From: Promethearchaeati archaeon
Lineage (GTDB): Archaea; Asgardarchaeota; Heimdallarchaeia; JABLTI01
Reading direction: 5' to 3'
DNA: 39,748 bases
NCBI GenBank assembly: GCA_013166835.1
Contig: JABLTI010000036.1
Coordinates: 1-39,748 of the forward strand
Every line of letters starts with the position of its first letter. Positions within the stretch are counted from its first letter, which is position 1. Both the position numbers and the translations under genes were made by a program. The notes under the pieces are model-generated. The model saw only the letters and a list, made by a program, of their open reading frames with translations, was not told where the DNA came from and searched no databases. Positions 1 through 9,662 of this stretch are shown here, in pieces.

Positions 1-2
1 TA

Positions 3-353
3 ATGTTTGATGAAGCAGTTTTTGTTGGTTCAGGATTTGGTGGAGGTATAGTTGGGAGAGGTGAAGTATGTGGAGCGGTTTCAGGAGCTGTCATGGCTAT
101 TGGATTAGTCACTAAGACTTTTTATGAGGATTTAGCTGAACACAAAACTGCAACTCGGGAAACAGCAAAAATCTTCTATGAACGTTTTGAAGGTATTTAT
201 GGAGATTCCACTTGTAATGGATTAATTGGAATTGGCAGGAATGATCCTGACGCTAAAAAGAAAGCCTCTGATGCAGGGATTTACCGAGAAAATTGTCCTA
301 AATTTGTACAATCTGCTGTTAACATAGTACTGGATTTATTTGCAGATAAATAA
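3..353 (+). CDS. C-GCAxxG-C-C family putative redox protein (probably 5'-truncated by window edge)
   Basis: GFGGG..GEVCGAVSGA motif, later Cys in STCNGL and ENCPKFV; the N-terminal Cys is missing, consistent with truncation. Confidence 0.85.
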   Translation: MFDEAVFVGSGFGGGIVGRGEVCGAVSGAVMAIGLVTKTFYEDLAEHKTATRETAKIFYERFEGIYGDSTCNGLIGIGRNDPDAKKKASDAGIYRENCPKFVQSAVNIVLDLFADK

Positions 354-393
354 AATGAAGAAAGAATTGGATGAACCAATTCTGTAATGTTTT

Positions 394-1785
394 TTATAAT
401 ACTAATTCTGCGAGTTCTTCTAAGGAACAATCTAATAGAAATGGATTAAATTGTTTGCCTAGAACATCAGTGAGTTCTATTAGTCGTTTATGTTTTTCAG
501 TTGTTTTCTGGAATGGCCATTTGTGTTCTGGTTTTGGTGTTATTCCTTGTTTTTCACAAGTCTCAACACATCCAACGATACCATCAAAAACAACCTGAGG
601 TGTTAGGTTTTCCGGTCTTTTCTCACGAGAATGCATTATAATGCCTTTGATTTTCTTGTTGTCTTCATAATAAACAGAAGGGGCATGACCAAATTTGATG
701 AAAGGTGTAAATGTATGTTTCATTAAGGATGCATTGATAGCTGTAATTATCTCATCAAATCTTAGAAGGTTTTCACCATAGATCCCATAGCCTTCAAACA
801 AAGCCATCTGGAAGCCTTCGGGAGGATTCCTTTTCGCCATTTTAACTCGAATGTCAGCCATTCTCTCAAATTCTTCGAGGTCAATTGAGGTAAAATCCAC
901 ATTGTCGATGTCGTTACAAATAGCTTGTACTTTTTCATCGTATTCTATAGGATATTTCAAAATGAACATTGGAGGATTAGTTGGACCGGAGATATCTGGA
1001 TGTCTTGCTTCGACTATTGTTTCACCATAGGTGAGTGGGATGTCATACTCGATTAGACCATAGATAATTTTTCCAAAATTGTTCAAGTTGTGTGCATGAA
1101 TTACTGCATAGCTTTCTTTTCCTGCTTCAGGCATTGTTTCTATCATTACTTTAAGCTTAGAAACAACCCCTAATACCCCATGAGATCCAGCAACGTCGAG
1201 CAGTGAAAAGCCCTTGTCAATTAGTTGTTTTTCTAAATTCTTATCCTCACAAGTAACCTTTGATTTACTTAAATCATCGTCAATTCGTTCCACAATGATT
1301 TTGTTATTGTTGATATCAAAAAATTCCACTGAGATGACATTATCAACCATTGTACCCGCAAGCCAAGCGTCATTTCCTCCACCATCAGTACTCATCATTC
1401 CACCGAGGGTGGCAATATCTCTACTTGATGGTGAGACAAAGAACTTCCAGTTTGGTTGTTTTTTCTGAATTTCCTCATTGAACTGGTCAGGTGTTAGACC
1501 AGGATCTACAATTGCATATCCTTCTCTAAAATTAAGTTCATGAATTTGCTTTAACCTCATAGTACTGATAACAACTTTTTCTCTTACTCCACCAGTACAA
1601 GCGCCACTCATTCCTGAACCTCCACCCTTAGTGGTTATTGGAAGATTGTTCTCTCGAGCATAAGTTATTGCTTCTTTGATTTCCTCCTCATTTGTTGGAA
1701 GAAATACTTCTACATTTTTTGTAGGATCTATTTTCTGGAAGATAGAAGCATTTGAGCCTATAATGTATCGATTAAGTCTTTCCAT
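394..1785 (-). CDS. FAD-binding oxidoreductase (FAD_binding_4, GlcD/D-lactate dehydrogenase-like)
   Basis: KGGGSGMSG, PSS..ATLGGMMSTDGGG, GSHGVLGVV and C-terminal PEH motifs; directly follows the Fe-S gene. Confidence 0.85.
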   Translation of the reverse strand: MERLNRYIIGSNASIFQKIDPTKNVEVFLPTNEEEIKEAITYARENNLPITTKGGGSGMSGACTGGVREKVVISTMRLKQIHELNFREGYAIVDPGLTPDQFNEEIQKKQPNWKFFVSPSSRDIATLGGMMSTDGGGNDAWLAGTMVDNVISVEFFDINNNKIIVERIDDDLSKSKVTCEDKNLEKQLIDKGFSLLDVAGSHGVLGVVSKLKVMIETMPEAGKESYAVIHAHNLNNFGKIIYGLIEYDIPLTYGETIVEARHPDISGPTNPPMFILKYPIEYDEKVQAICNDIDNVDFTSIDLEEFERMADIRVKMAKRNPPEGFQMALFEGYGIYGENLLRFDEIITAINASLMKHTFTPFIKFGHAPSVYYEDNKKIKGIIMHSREKRPENLTPQVVFDGIVGCVETCEKQGITPKPEHKWPFQKTTEKHKRLIELTDVLGKQFNPFLLDCSLEELAELVL

Positions 1786-1786
1786 T

Positions 1787-2923
1787 TTACTTTGTCTCCT
1801 CCAAATTCAATGCTTTTACAAGATACTCAGCAATATCCCAAGTGGTTACTCCGTTTTGTTCAAATTGCTCCAAGCAAGAAGGACAGCAAGTTACTACACA
1901 AGTTCCCTCTTCTTTTAGTTCTTCTTTCTCAATTCGTTGTTTCATGATATCTTGCGCGATTGCATCATCTGTTACTCGAAGCATTCCACCACCTCCACAA
2001 CAAGATGGTTCCATTTCTATGACTTTAATTCCCATCTTCTTCATCAAGGATCTTGGAGCTTTGGTTACTTCGTTGTTTCTAAACAATTCGCAGGGATCGT
2101 GATACTTGAGGGTGATATCTAGCTTATTTGGAACTGACTCTATTTTCTCATCGAAATATTCAGTCATATGGAGTACTTTCACTGAAGGATCAAGTTTATG
2201 ATGATCAATTAACGCTTCCAAGCATCCTGGACAATCAGTTACTACTGTTTTTGCTCCTACTTTATGGATTACTTCAGTATTGTGCTCCCTCATTTTGTCT
2301 GCTTGCTCTATTTTACCTAATAGATCCAAGGGGTGCCCACAACAGTATTCTTCTCCACCTAAAATCAGAAAGTCTTCATCTAAATGCTCCATTACTTTTA
2401 GGATGGATTTCAGAACGTTTGCATGCCTACTTCTGAAAGACATCAAACATCCCACGAATAAAATAGTATCAGCTGTCATTCCTTCACTATAGACTCGATC
2501 ATCTATATCTGGGAAGTCATCGTATAATTCCATGGTCCAGGTTTCGGCTCGCATTTCATTATCTAAACCATAGACATTCATTTCGTCAGTAATGTTCTCT
2601 CCAATCTGAACCAATTTGGGAAATTGATCAACAGAAGCTAATCGTTCTTCTCTAAAAATGTCAGTAAGTTTCACTTCAGATGTACAACTCTCAACGCAAC
2701 GACTACAAACAGCACAAGTAAAAATCGTTTTAGCATATTCTGTCGCAAGCTCTTCGTCGAATTTCTCGGGAAAAGCTTCCTTTAATTTAAGGTAGTATAA
2801 TTTTCCTCTCGGAGAAAACACTTCATTCTCTGTGGCTCTATAAATGGGACAAACGACCAGACAAGATCCACATTGCACGCATTTTTTTAACAATTCGCTT
2901 AATTCTTCAGTTTTGGAAGTCAT
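1787..2923 (-). CDS. (Fe-S)-binding CCG-domain oxidoreductase subunit (GlcF/HdrD-like)
   Basis: CVQCGSCLVVCP and CAVCSRCVESC ferredoxin motifs; CCG domains (EYCCG..CPGC; HDPC..CCGGGG..CPSC); ATG 2923 preferred over the upstream TTG-type start. Confidence 0.9.
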   Translation of the reverse strand: MTSKTEELSELLKKCVQCGSCLVVCPIYRATENEVFSPRGKLYYLKLKEAFPEKFDEELATEYAKTIFTCAVCSRCVESCTSEVKLTDIFREERLASVDQFPKLVQIGENITDEMNVYGLDNEMRAETWTMELYDDFPDIDDRVYSEGMTADTILFVGCLMSFRSRHANVLKSILKVMEHLDEDFLILGGEEYCCGHPLDLLGKIEQADKMREHNTEVIHKVGAKTVVTDCPGCLEALIDHHKLDPSVKVLHMTEYFDEKIESVPNKLDITLKYHDPCELFRNNEVTKAPRSLMKKMGIKVIEMEPSCCGGGGMLRVTDDAIAQDIMKQRIEKEELKEEGTCVVTCCPSCLEQFEQNGVTTWDIAEYLVKALNLEETK

Positions 2924-3134
2924 AGTTTTAAGATCCTTCCGGTATTTACTATTCGCTCTTAATAGCAAAAGAATTCAATTAATAAAGTTAATCTTAGTTT
3001 TAATTCTTCATCTAAAAAATATGAAATACCACTTGTTGTGCTTATTTTATCTTCGTCTTGACTTATTTTTGCCGCTAAAACATTGGTTAAAAATCTAAAA
3101 ACAACTATTCTATATAGAAAAATTCTAAGTTAGG

Positions 3135-4502
3135 ATGGTCAGCCTGAATTTGCCTTCTCAAGACATTGAAGAAACTATGCTTGCAGAACAATTCTATAAC
3201 GCTATGCGCGGGTTTATTGTAATAGAGGATTCTGGATTACCCAAATATATTGAGTTTCTAACTGAGGAAGAAATTGATATTGTTTTATTGGCTGGTTTAC
3301 TTTCAGGTTTGCAATCGCTTGCTGAAGTTATCAGTGAAGAAAAAATAAAATCCATAGAAACAAGTAATTCGAAATTTATTTTTGTTACTCGAGAGAAATA
3401 TTTCTATGTTCTTTGGATTGAAAAACGAATCTCCGATATAGAATTATATGATCCGATCATTATGAAGATAATTTCTCGATTTGAAGGAGCATCCAGTTCT
3501 GATATTGAAAACACTCTAATGATTTCCAACCTCACTGAAACCCCTGATTATGAAAAGATTGGACAAAGAATAGCCAAATTTAGATCGATGGATGCTAGTT
3601 ATACTGATGCTTATAAAAAACTTGATTCTGAAAGTCTAAGCACTGATGATGCTAAAAAGATCGCTGATGAGCTTGCTGGTATTGATGGTGTTCTAATTAT
3701 AACCGAAAATGGTCAGATAGAACATTTTGAGTTTTCAAAAGGAGAACCAATATTTGATATTACTATTTTAACTAATTTCTTGACGGGTTTGCGAAAATCG
3801 ATTAGAAATCTTGATCCAGGTAGATTAATTGAAGTTACCACACAAAATTATCGATTTATTATTCATGATAGTGGCGATTACTTCTATGTGTTTGAAGTTA
3901 GTAAGGGATTATCAAATGAAAAGCACCTAAGGGCTATTATGCAAAGAATCGTTAGCAGATACGAAGGGCTTCGAAGAAAATCAGGTATACACATTGAGCT
4001 TCTGAATGATTTCGAATCTGTTCCTGAGCATGAATTATTAGGGCAACTCTCACTTGAAATGAGAGATCTACAAGACAATAATGGAGATACTTCTGCTTCT
4101 TTGGGCAGACAAACTAGTAAAGTCTCTTTTGGGGATGACGATCGTAAATGGCTTAAAGAAGAAGATCAATTGTGTTCTTTCATGGATGTTTATGATGAAG
4201 TATTCATGGCAGGAATTATTTGTCCAGGCAATAAATTTTATGTGATTAAGAAAACTCCTGATATTAATGATTGGATTAAGTCAGTGAATGATTTAGAATT
4301 AAATAAACTATTAGAACTTACAGAACATAAAGAATCAAATCAAGTTGTTCAATTATCGCAGAAAGACAAGGTTTTTCTCGTGCATCGAATAACAGATAAT
4401 ACTATTATATTTTCAGTTTTAGATAAATCGAATTCAGCTGTTGAAACATATTTAATTCGTTTATCAAAAATTATCAAAAAAATCAGTAAGAATATCACTT
4501 AG
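3135..4502 (+). CDS. Multi-domain longin/roadblock-fold protein (three tandem domains)
   Basis: GFIVIEDSGLP..LLAGLLSGLQSLA and GVLIITENGQ..ILTNFLTGLRKSI blocks; internal duplication IISRFEG/IVSRYEG. Confidence 0.65.
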   Translation: MVSLNLPSQDIEETMLAEQFYNAMRGFIVIEDSGLPKYIEFLTEEEIDIVLLAGLLSGLQSLAEVISEEKIKSIETSNSKFIFVTREKYFYVLWIEKRISDIELYDPIIMKIISRFEGASSSDIENTLMISNLTETPDYEKIGQRIAKFRSMDASYTDAYKKLDSESLSTDDAKKIADELAGIDGVLIITENGQIEHFEFSKGEPIFDITILTNFLTGLRKSIRNLDPGRLIEVTTQNYRFIIHDSGDYFYVFEVSKGLSNEKHLRAIMQRIVSRYEGLRRKSGIHIELLNDFESVPEHELLGQLSLEMRDLQDNNGDTSASLGRQTSKVSFGDDDRKWLKEEDQLCSFMDVYDEVFMAGIICPGNKFYVIKKTPDINDWIKSVNDLELNKLLELTEHKESNQVVQLSQKDKVFLVHRITDNTIIFSVLDKSNSAVETYLIRLSKIIKKISKNIT

Positions 4503-5895
4503 TGAAATCATCTAAGGTAAATTGTTGACTTTGTTTTTCTTTTCCTTTTACGATCTTAATGCCATGATATGATGATGTTTGACCTATTGTTAATGCACCA
4601 TAGCTTCCATCAAATCCGGGTGGTGAAAAGCAAAAATTACCTTTTCTAACTTCGATTATTGCTTCTGCTATTTTCTCATCGACTAGACCGGTTAAGATTT
4701 GTTCTAATGTGGATAGTTTTGTTGTCCATAATTTGCATTCAGTCCCTATAGCAGAGACAATAACATCGTATAAGAGCCGAACATTTTTAGCATTAGGATT
4801 CTTTATGCCTATCCCATTTGCAATAATTTCCGCAAGAGGAACCATTCTGTAGAAATTTCGTTTCTTACCATATAGTTTTCCGTATTCCCTATCACTGCCT
4901 TGAAATTCTGATAATTCAATAGCTCTTTGTAATACTCCAGGTTCAAGGGTTAAATCGCAAATAGGGCATATCTTATTCTTTGGAACCGTGTCGGGAGAAT
5001 AAACACAGAATTCATCTTGTCTATGATTTCTAATTCCTCCCCTGTGTCCTGTTAAGAAGTATCGCCCTTCTGAGGGGTGGAATTCCGCTGTATAGCATAC
5101 TCGATTATTTCTCAAAGCATCGATAATTTCTTTGAAAGTAATTTTGTTTAGATCTAGACTTGTTAATTCCCTTCCCAGTCTATTTAATGCTGCAGAATGA
5201 GCATCACTATTAGATATTAATGTTAAATCATCTAACTCTGGTATTAATGAGGTAACCGTTGGATCAGCACTTAAGCCTGTCTCAAAGGCATGAATTCTTT
5301 CAGCTGCTTCTCCAAAGAAATCTGACATGTAAACAATAGGTGGTTTTGGACCATAAATTCCCAAAGGAACTAAAATATGAGCTGGTATGAATTCTATAAG
5401 TGGATCGATGTCCAAAATTTTGTTAATTCGTTCACCTACTTCTTCTATACTATTGTTGGTTAAGAATGGCCTTCCCATTGAATTCTTCACACCAAATTTC
5501 TCAATGAGAGTTACAGCTTCTTCTATTGAATGATAATCAGGCCACAGAAAAATACAGTGAACAATTTTTCGATTAACTCCTATTGGAGCTGTTACTGCAA
5601 TTTCGGTCTGTAAGACAAATTTTGTTTGCGCTTCCTTCTCAGTAGCGTTTTTTAACTCGAAAACTCCATCTTCATCCTTATCAATTAATTGGTCTTTCAA
5701 TATTGTTAACCAAGGCTGATACAGGCAATCCCCGGTTCCAACAACTCGTACGCCTTTTTTTGGCATGTTATCTACGGCAGTTCTTAAATCGAGACTCCCT
5801 GTACCACCTGCATAGGAGGAATGGGAATGCAAATCGCACACAATGCCTTTTTGGAATTCATCAGACAGATCAATTTGGTCTTGTAAAGAAGTCAT
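4495..5895 (-). CDS. endoQ: Endonuclease Q family protein (PHP domain + Zn finger)
   Basis: DLHSHSSYA, GTGD, FIPAH, ETGLSAD, SNSDAHS, GRE, EGRYFLTGH, CPIC, PGFDGSYG. Confidence 0.88.
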   Translation of the reverse strand: MTSLQDQIDLSDEFQKGIVCDLHSHSSYAGGTGSLDLRTAVDNMPKKGVRVVGTGDCLYQPWLTILKDQLIDKDEDGVFELKNATEKEAQTKFVLQTEIAVTAPIGVNRKIVHCIFLWPDYHSIEEAVTLIEKFGVKNSMGRPFLTNNSIEEVGERINKILDIDPLIEFIPAHILVPLGIYGPKPPIVYMSDFFGEAAERIHAFETGLSADPTVTSLIPELDDLTLISNSDAHSAALNRLGRELTSLDLNKITFKEIIDALRNNRVCYTAEFHPSEGRYFLTGHRGGIRNHRQDEFCVYSPDTVPKNKICPICDLTLEPGVLQRAIELSEFQGSDREYGKLYGKKRNFYRMVPLAEIIANGIGIKNPNAKNVRLLYDVIVSAIGTECKLWTTKLSTLEQILTGLVDEKIAEAIIEVRKGNFCFSPPGFDGSYGALTIGQTSSYHGIKIVKGKEKQSQQFTLDDFTK

Positions 5896-6028
5896 TACCA
5901 GTCAAAAATGAATTATCACTGTAGTTTAATAATTCTTCTTGAAAATCATTAAAAAGTAAAAGAGATAGGTGTAAAAGAAGAGAATGTACAAATTTCTTAT
6001 ATTGCATTTAGTAAGAGGATAAAGCATC

Positions 6029-6874
6029 ATGAATCAGGAAGAAGCAGCTAAGAACGAATTAGTTATCTCTGAAGGAAAAAAGTCTTCCGCTGATGAAAAT
6101 GATTCATTAAATATTTTAACCTCAAAAGTTAAGGAAAATGTTCCTAGAATTACTATAAAACAAGCTATTTTAGCGAATCTAATTGCTGGACCAATAGCTT
6201 TAGCAGTGTACTTTCCTTTAGAATACGGAGGATTTCGAATATTAGGAGAGGAGTATTATTTCCATGCGCTTCTCTCATTCATTTGCTTCGCAATCATTCC
6301 TTGTATTTACCTAGTGTTTTTTAGAATAAAAACAGGAAAAGGTTTCCTCTTTTTCATGTCAACTAAGAATGGTCTGCGCCCCAAGAATATTATTAGTAGT
6401 TTACTTCAAGGATTAGCAATGCATGCGGGAATATTCTTTCCGTGGGTCGTTCTCTCACAAAAATACAAAGATAATGTGTATCCACTCTTTTATTTTCTTG
6501 GGAATTCACAAGAATGGTTTTGGTGGATATTTTTTGTTTCACTAAATGTTATTATGTTCGAGTTTTACTCAAAAGCATTTATTCAGATACAATTCTCTGA
6601 AATACAAAACGAATTTACTATCCTAGGTCGAAAAATCACATTAAAAGATGGGAGGTTCTTAGGATTCATGTTACAATTCGTTGTATGGATGTTTGGGCAC
6701 ATACAAGAACTAAAATGGTTACCAACATACATTGGACCGATAAATGCAGTGTTTTTCATAATAGTCTCAGGAGTATTAACAGGGTGGACTGTCTATAAAA
6801 CAGAAAACATCTTCGGAGTAACTCTAGGACATATCATGTTAAATGTCTTTATAGCGATAACTTTTAATTACTAA
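6029..6874 (+). CDS. CPBP-family (CAAX/Abi/Rce1-like) intramembrane protease, divergent
   Basis: Multi-TM; FEFYSKAF (EExxxR-like), MFGH, and GWTVYKTENIFGVTLGHIMLN (HxxxN) motifs. Confidence 0.7.
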   Translation: MNQEEAAKNELVISEGKKSSADENDSLNILTSKVKENVPRITIKQAILANLIAGPIALAVYFPLEYGGFRILGEEYYFHALLSFICFAIIPCIYLVFFRIKTGKGFLFFMSTKNGLRPKNIISSLLQGLAMHAGIFFPWVVLSQKYKDNVYPLFYFLGNSQEWFWWIFFVSLNVIMFEFYSKAFIQIQFSEIQNEFTILGRKITLKDGRFLGFMLQFVVWMFGHIQELKWLPTYIGPINAVFFIIVSGVLTGWTVYKTENIFGVTLGHIMLNVFIAITFNY

Positions 6875-6938
6875 AGAGAAAAATTTTCCTAATAACAAGA
6901 TTCAAAAATAGGAGTCACAAGGAAAAATAACTAAGAAA

Positions 6939-7015
6939 GGGCCGATAGATCAGCTTGGAAGATCGTCTGATTTGCATTCAGAAGGCCGCGGATTCAAATT
7001 CCGCTCGGTCCACCA
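6939..7015 (+). tRNA. tRNA-Ala(TGC), encoded CCA
   Basis: Acceptor GGGCCGA/TCGGTCC with G3:U70; anticodon arm TCTGA-TTTGCAT-TCAGA; T loop TTCAAAT; T-rich tract downstream. Confidence 0.97.
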
Positions 7016-7038
7016 ATTCTTTTCTTTTTAAAAACTCA

Positions 7039-8349
7039 CTACCCTACGTGGTCGACACTTTTTCCTCTGTTTTGCAATCTCAGTTTTAATTCTGCCATTA
7101 AATCCGATCTTTTGAATGTGTCTTCATCTGCATCTGCAGAAGTGATGCTTAACGCTTGATTTAGATATCGATTGAGGTGTAGGATATTCTTTATTGTGTC
7201 CTCTTCTAATGCCGAACAAATAACTGTGCTTAGGTGTTCTGGCGACACTTTTTCGAAGAAAATATCGAAGGTATCAATTTTTATGTGTCCTTCTCCGCCC
7301 ACTCTCACTTTTCCTAAGCGACTCATATATTCTTCTAGATTTATTTTCCTCAAAGTTAATTCAATTGAATTTAATATTTGTGGGTTCCCACCTTGTTGTA
7401 CTGCACCAACTAGTAGCTCGACGTTTTCCGAATACACTGCTATTGCTTCAAAACCGGGATTATTGTTTAGTGTTGCTTCTATTATATCTGTTAATCTTTC
7501 TGCTGTTTTTTCTCTTATTCTATCGGCTTCTGCTTTCTCCATTGGAGGTGATACGCCTACCGCTGGCGGAGTTATTACAAGTTCACTTGTTTTTGTTGGT
7601 TCTGTTAATTTTGGTGGTGTTACTGTAGGTATTGTAATTTTTTCTTTCACTGGTGATGGGGTTTTTGGTGGTGTAACTTTCGATATTCTTTCTTCAACTC
7701 TTTTTGGTTGAGTTATGTAAGATTCCTTAACAACAGGTGGTATAACTGCTGGAGTTGTAGGTGTTGTTGTTGGAGTAGATTCTATTCGTCTTGGTTCGAC
7801 TGGTACTGACATTCTTTTTGGCATCAAATCTAGGAGCATTCTTTGGAAAATTTGATTTGTTGAATCAGAATAAATACTTGTTAGTGTTTTAACCATCTCT
7901 CCTGGGAACATGCTCTCTATTGGTCCGAGTAATTGTGCAATATGTGCTAATCCTTGCTTCACTTGTCCTTCTTTTCCAGGATCTACTTTATTATACAGTA
8001 AATATCCTTTAACTCCCTTGATGGAATTTGCAATGCTTTTCAGCCAAACATTAAAGAAATTCGTCGTTTCTTGATATTTCTGTGTGTTTTGAACGTCAAC
8101 TACAAAAACTATGGCACTTAAATCTTTAATTAATTCAGTATTACCAATATATCCTTGTCGGAACTCCTTTCCACCTCCTGCATCAATGATTGTATAATCG
8201 GTTCTAAGAAAGTCATGTTCATATTTGGCAATCCCTCTTGTTGGTTGTATTTTTAGGAGTTGTGCAGGATCTTTTTTCAAAAAGAATTTTTGATATAGAG
8301 CGGTTTTCCCGACTCCATCCAAACCGATTAGTAATATTTTTTGCATCAT
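7039..8349 (-). CDS. Rag/Arf-like small GTPase fused through a Pro/Thr-rich linker to a C-terminal roadblock-like domain
   Basis: G1 GLDGVGKT, G2 PTRG, G3 DAGG, FVVD, G4 NKVD, G5 TSIY; C-terminal block PGFEAIAVYSENVELL; GGAGGT upstream. Confidence 0.8.
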   Translation of the reverse strand: MMQKILLIGLDGVGKTALYQKFFLKKDPAQLLKIQPTRGIAKYEHDFLRTDYTIIDAGGGKEFRQGYIGNTELIKDLSAIVFVVDVQNTQKYQETTNFFNVWLKSIANSIKGVKGYLLYNKVDPGKEGQVKQGLAHIAQLLGPIESMFPGEMVKTLTSIYSDSTNQIFQRMLLDLMPKRMSVPVEPRRIESTPTTTPTTPAVIPPVVKESYITQPKRVEERISKVTPPKTPSPVKEKITIPTVTPPKLTEPTKTSELVITPPAVGVSPPMEKAEADRIREKTAERLTDIIEATLNNNPGFEAIAVYSENVELLVGAVQQGGNPQILNSIELTLRKINLEEYMSRLGKVRVGGEGHIKIDTFDIFFEKVSPEHLSTVICSALEEDTIKNILHLNRYLNQALSITSADADEDTFKRSDLMAELKLRLQNRGKSVDHVG

Positions 8350-8680
8350 TGATCACTTGAGGAGGTACTTGTTCTGTTGTTTTTTCTTAAAAAGCTATTT
8401 AAGCTTTAGTTTTTTGAGTGGTTTTTGTTCTTCACTGTTCATTTTTATTTCTTTCGACTAAAAACACTTACTATGTAGGTAATTACATAGGAGGATTGAT
8501 TATATAATTCTAATCTTTGCTCGTTTTTCCTTTTCTCTGATATTATAATGAACACATACTCGGGTTTCCGTTTTAATTTTCCCATTTGGAATGATTTTTA
8601 ATGTTTATCACCCGAATTGATTATTATCTTGTCGTGAACCTACACAATATTTGAGGATATTCTATCTCGGAGGTTTTGAA

Positions 8681-9628
8681 ATGATTCAAGCTATATGGAT
8701 TATTACAGATACTGGTCAATGTATTTTCAGTCATAAATATTGTGAACTTGAAATTGATGATCAACTAATTTCTGGACTTCTTATTGCTTTTGATGCTTTT
8801 TCATCTGAAAGTGGAATAGGTGGTGTTCAACAAATAGGTGGTAAAGATAATCAATTTGTTTATGGTCCTTCTAAAAAACTCTTAGTAGCAGCTCTTGCAG
8901 ATAAAAGAGATAATGCTGCTCTGGTAGAAAAATTAATGGTAAAAATTGCTGATTTATTCCAAGAAAAATATGCCGCTCATTTACATGATGTTGCTTTTGT
9001 TGATTTGAACACATTCAAAGGATTTGAAAATGATATTGATCAAATCCTAAAACGAAAAGTCTACAACAGAGGTGTTGGATCAACGATTTTCGCCACAATT
9101 GTTTCCTTAGCGATTGCAGCAGGTGTTTTTCTACTTTTATTCAATATTCTTGATGAAGCGGTATTTTTAGTATTCTTAGCATTCATCCCTGGATTATTTC
9201 TTGGAGCACTCATTGCTGGCAAAAATACCTATGGTTTAATTTCTTCGATTATCACTGTTTCACCGATTATTGTATACTACTCCTACTCATTAATCAAGGC
9301 ATATTGGGGAACTGATGCTATACTAAATGTTGTTTTTGACATATTCCTAATGGCTGTTACATACATAACTATTGCAATGCTTTGTGGAATTGGTGGTGGA
9401 AGCATTATTGATAATCGTAGATTATTCCCACTCACTGATGAATTAGTCAAAACTGCAATAATCCCTTCTGATATTGTAGTACCCCAACCTGATTTGGGAA
9501 CTCAATTGATTCAACAACAAGAGACACATCAACAGGAACCCTATCCACAAGAACAAGTTCAGACAAAAGAACAATATTATGAGAGTTCTTCTATTGTTGA
9601 AGAGAAAAAAGATGAATGGGATAACTAA
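8681..9628 (+). CDS. Longin-domain protein with about 4 C-terminal TM helices and a Gln/Glu-rich tail
   Basis: MIQAIWIITDTGQCIFSHKY..LISGLLIAFDAF..FQEKY..FKGFENDIDQIL fits a longin pattern; GGAGGT SD before ATG 8681. Confidence 0.75.
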   Translation: MIQAIWIITDTGQCIFSHKYCELEIDDQLISGLLIAFDAFSSESGIGGVQQIGGKDNQFVYGPSKKLLVAALADKRDNAALVEKLMVKIADLFQEKYAAHLHDVAFVDLNTFKGFENDIDQILKRKVYNRGVGSTIFATIVSLAIAAGVFLLLFNILDEAVFLVFLAFIPGLFLGALIAGKNTYGLISSIITVSPIIVYYSYSLIKAYWGTDAILNVVFDIFLMAVTYITIAMLCGIGGGSIIDNRRLFPLTDELVKTAIIPSDIVVPQPDLGTQLIQQQETHQQEPYPQEQVQTKEQYYESSSIVEEKKDEWDN

Positions 9629-9662
9629 ATCCCATAACAGTTTTTTATAGATGGTATGACAA

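Noticed and set aside
7172-7711. 179-aa plus-strand ORF and similar nested ORFs across the window
   Set aside because: Shadow frames fully inside well-supported opposite-strand genes
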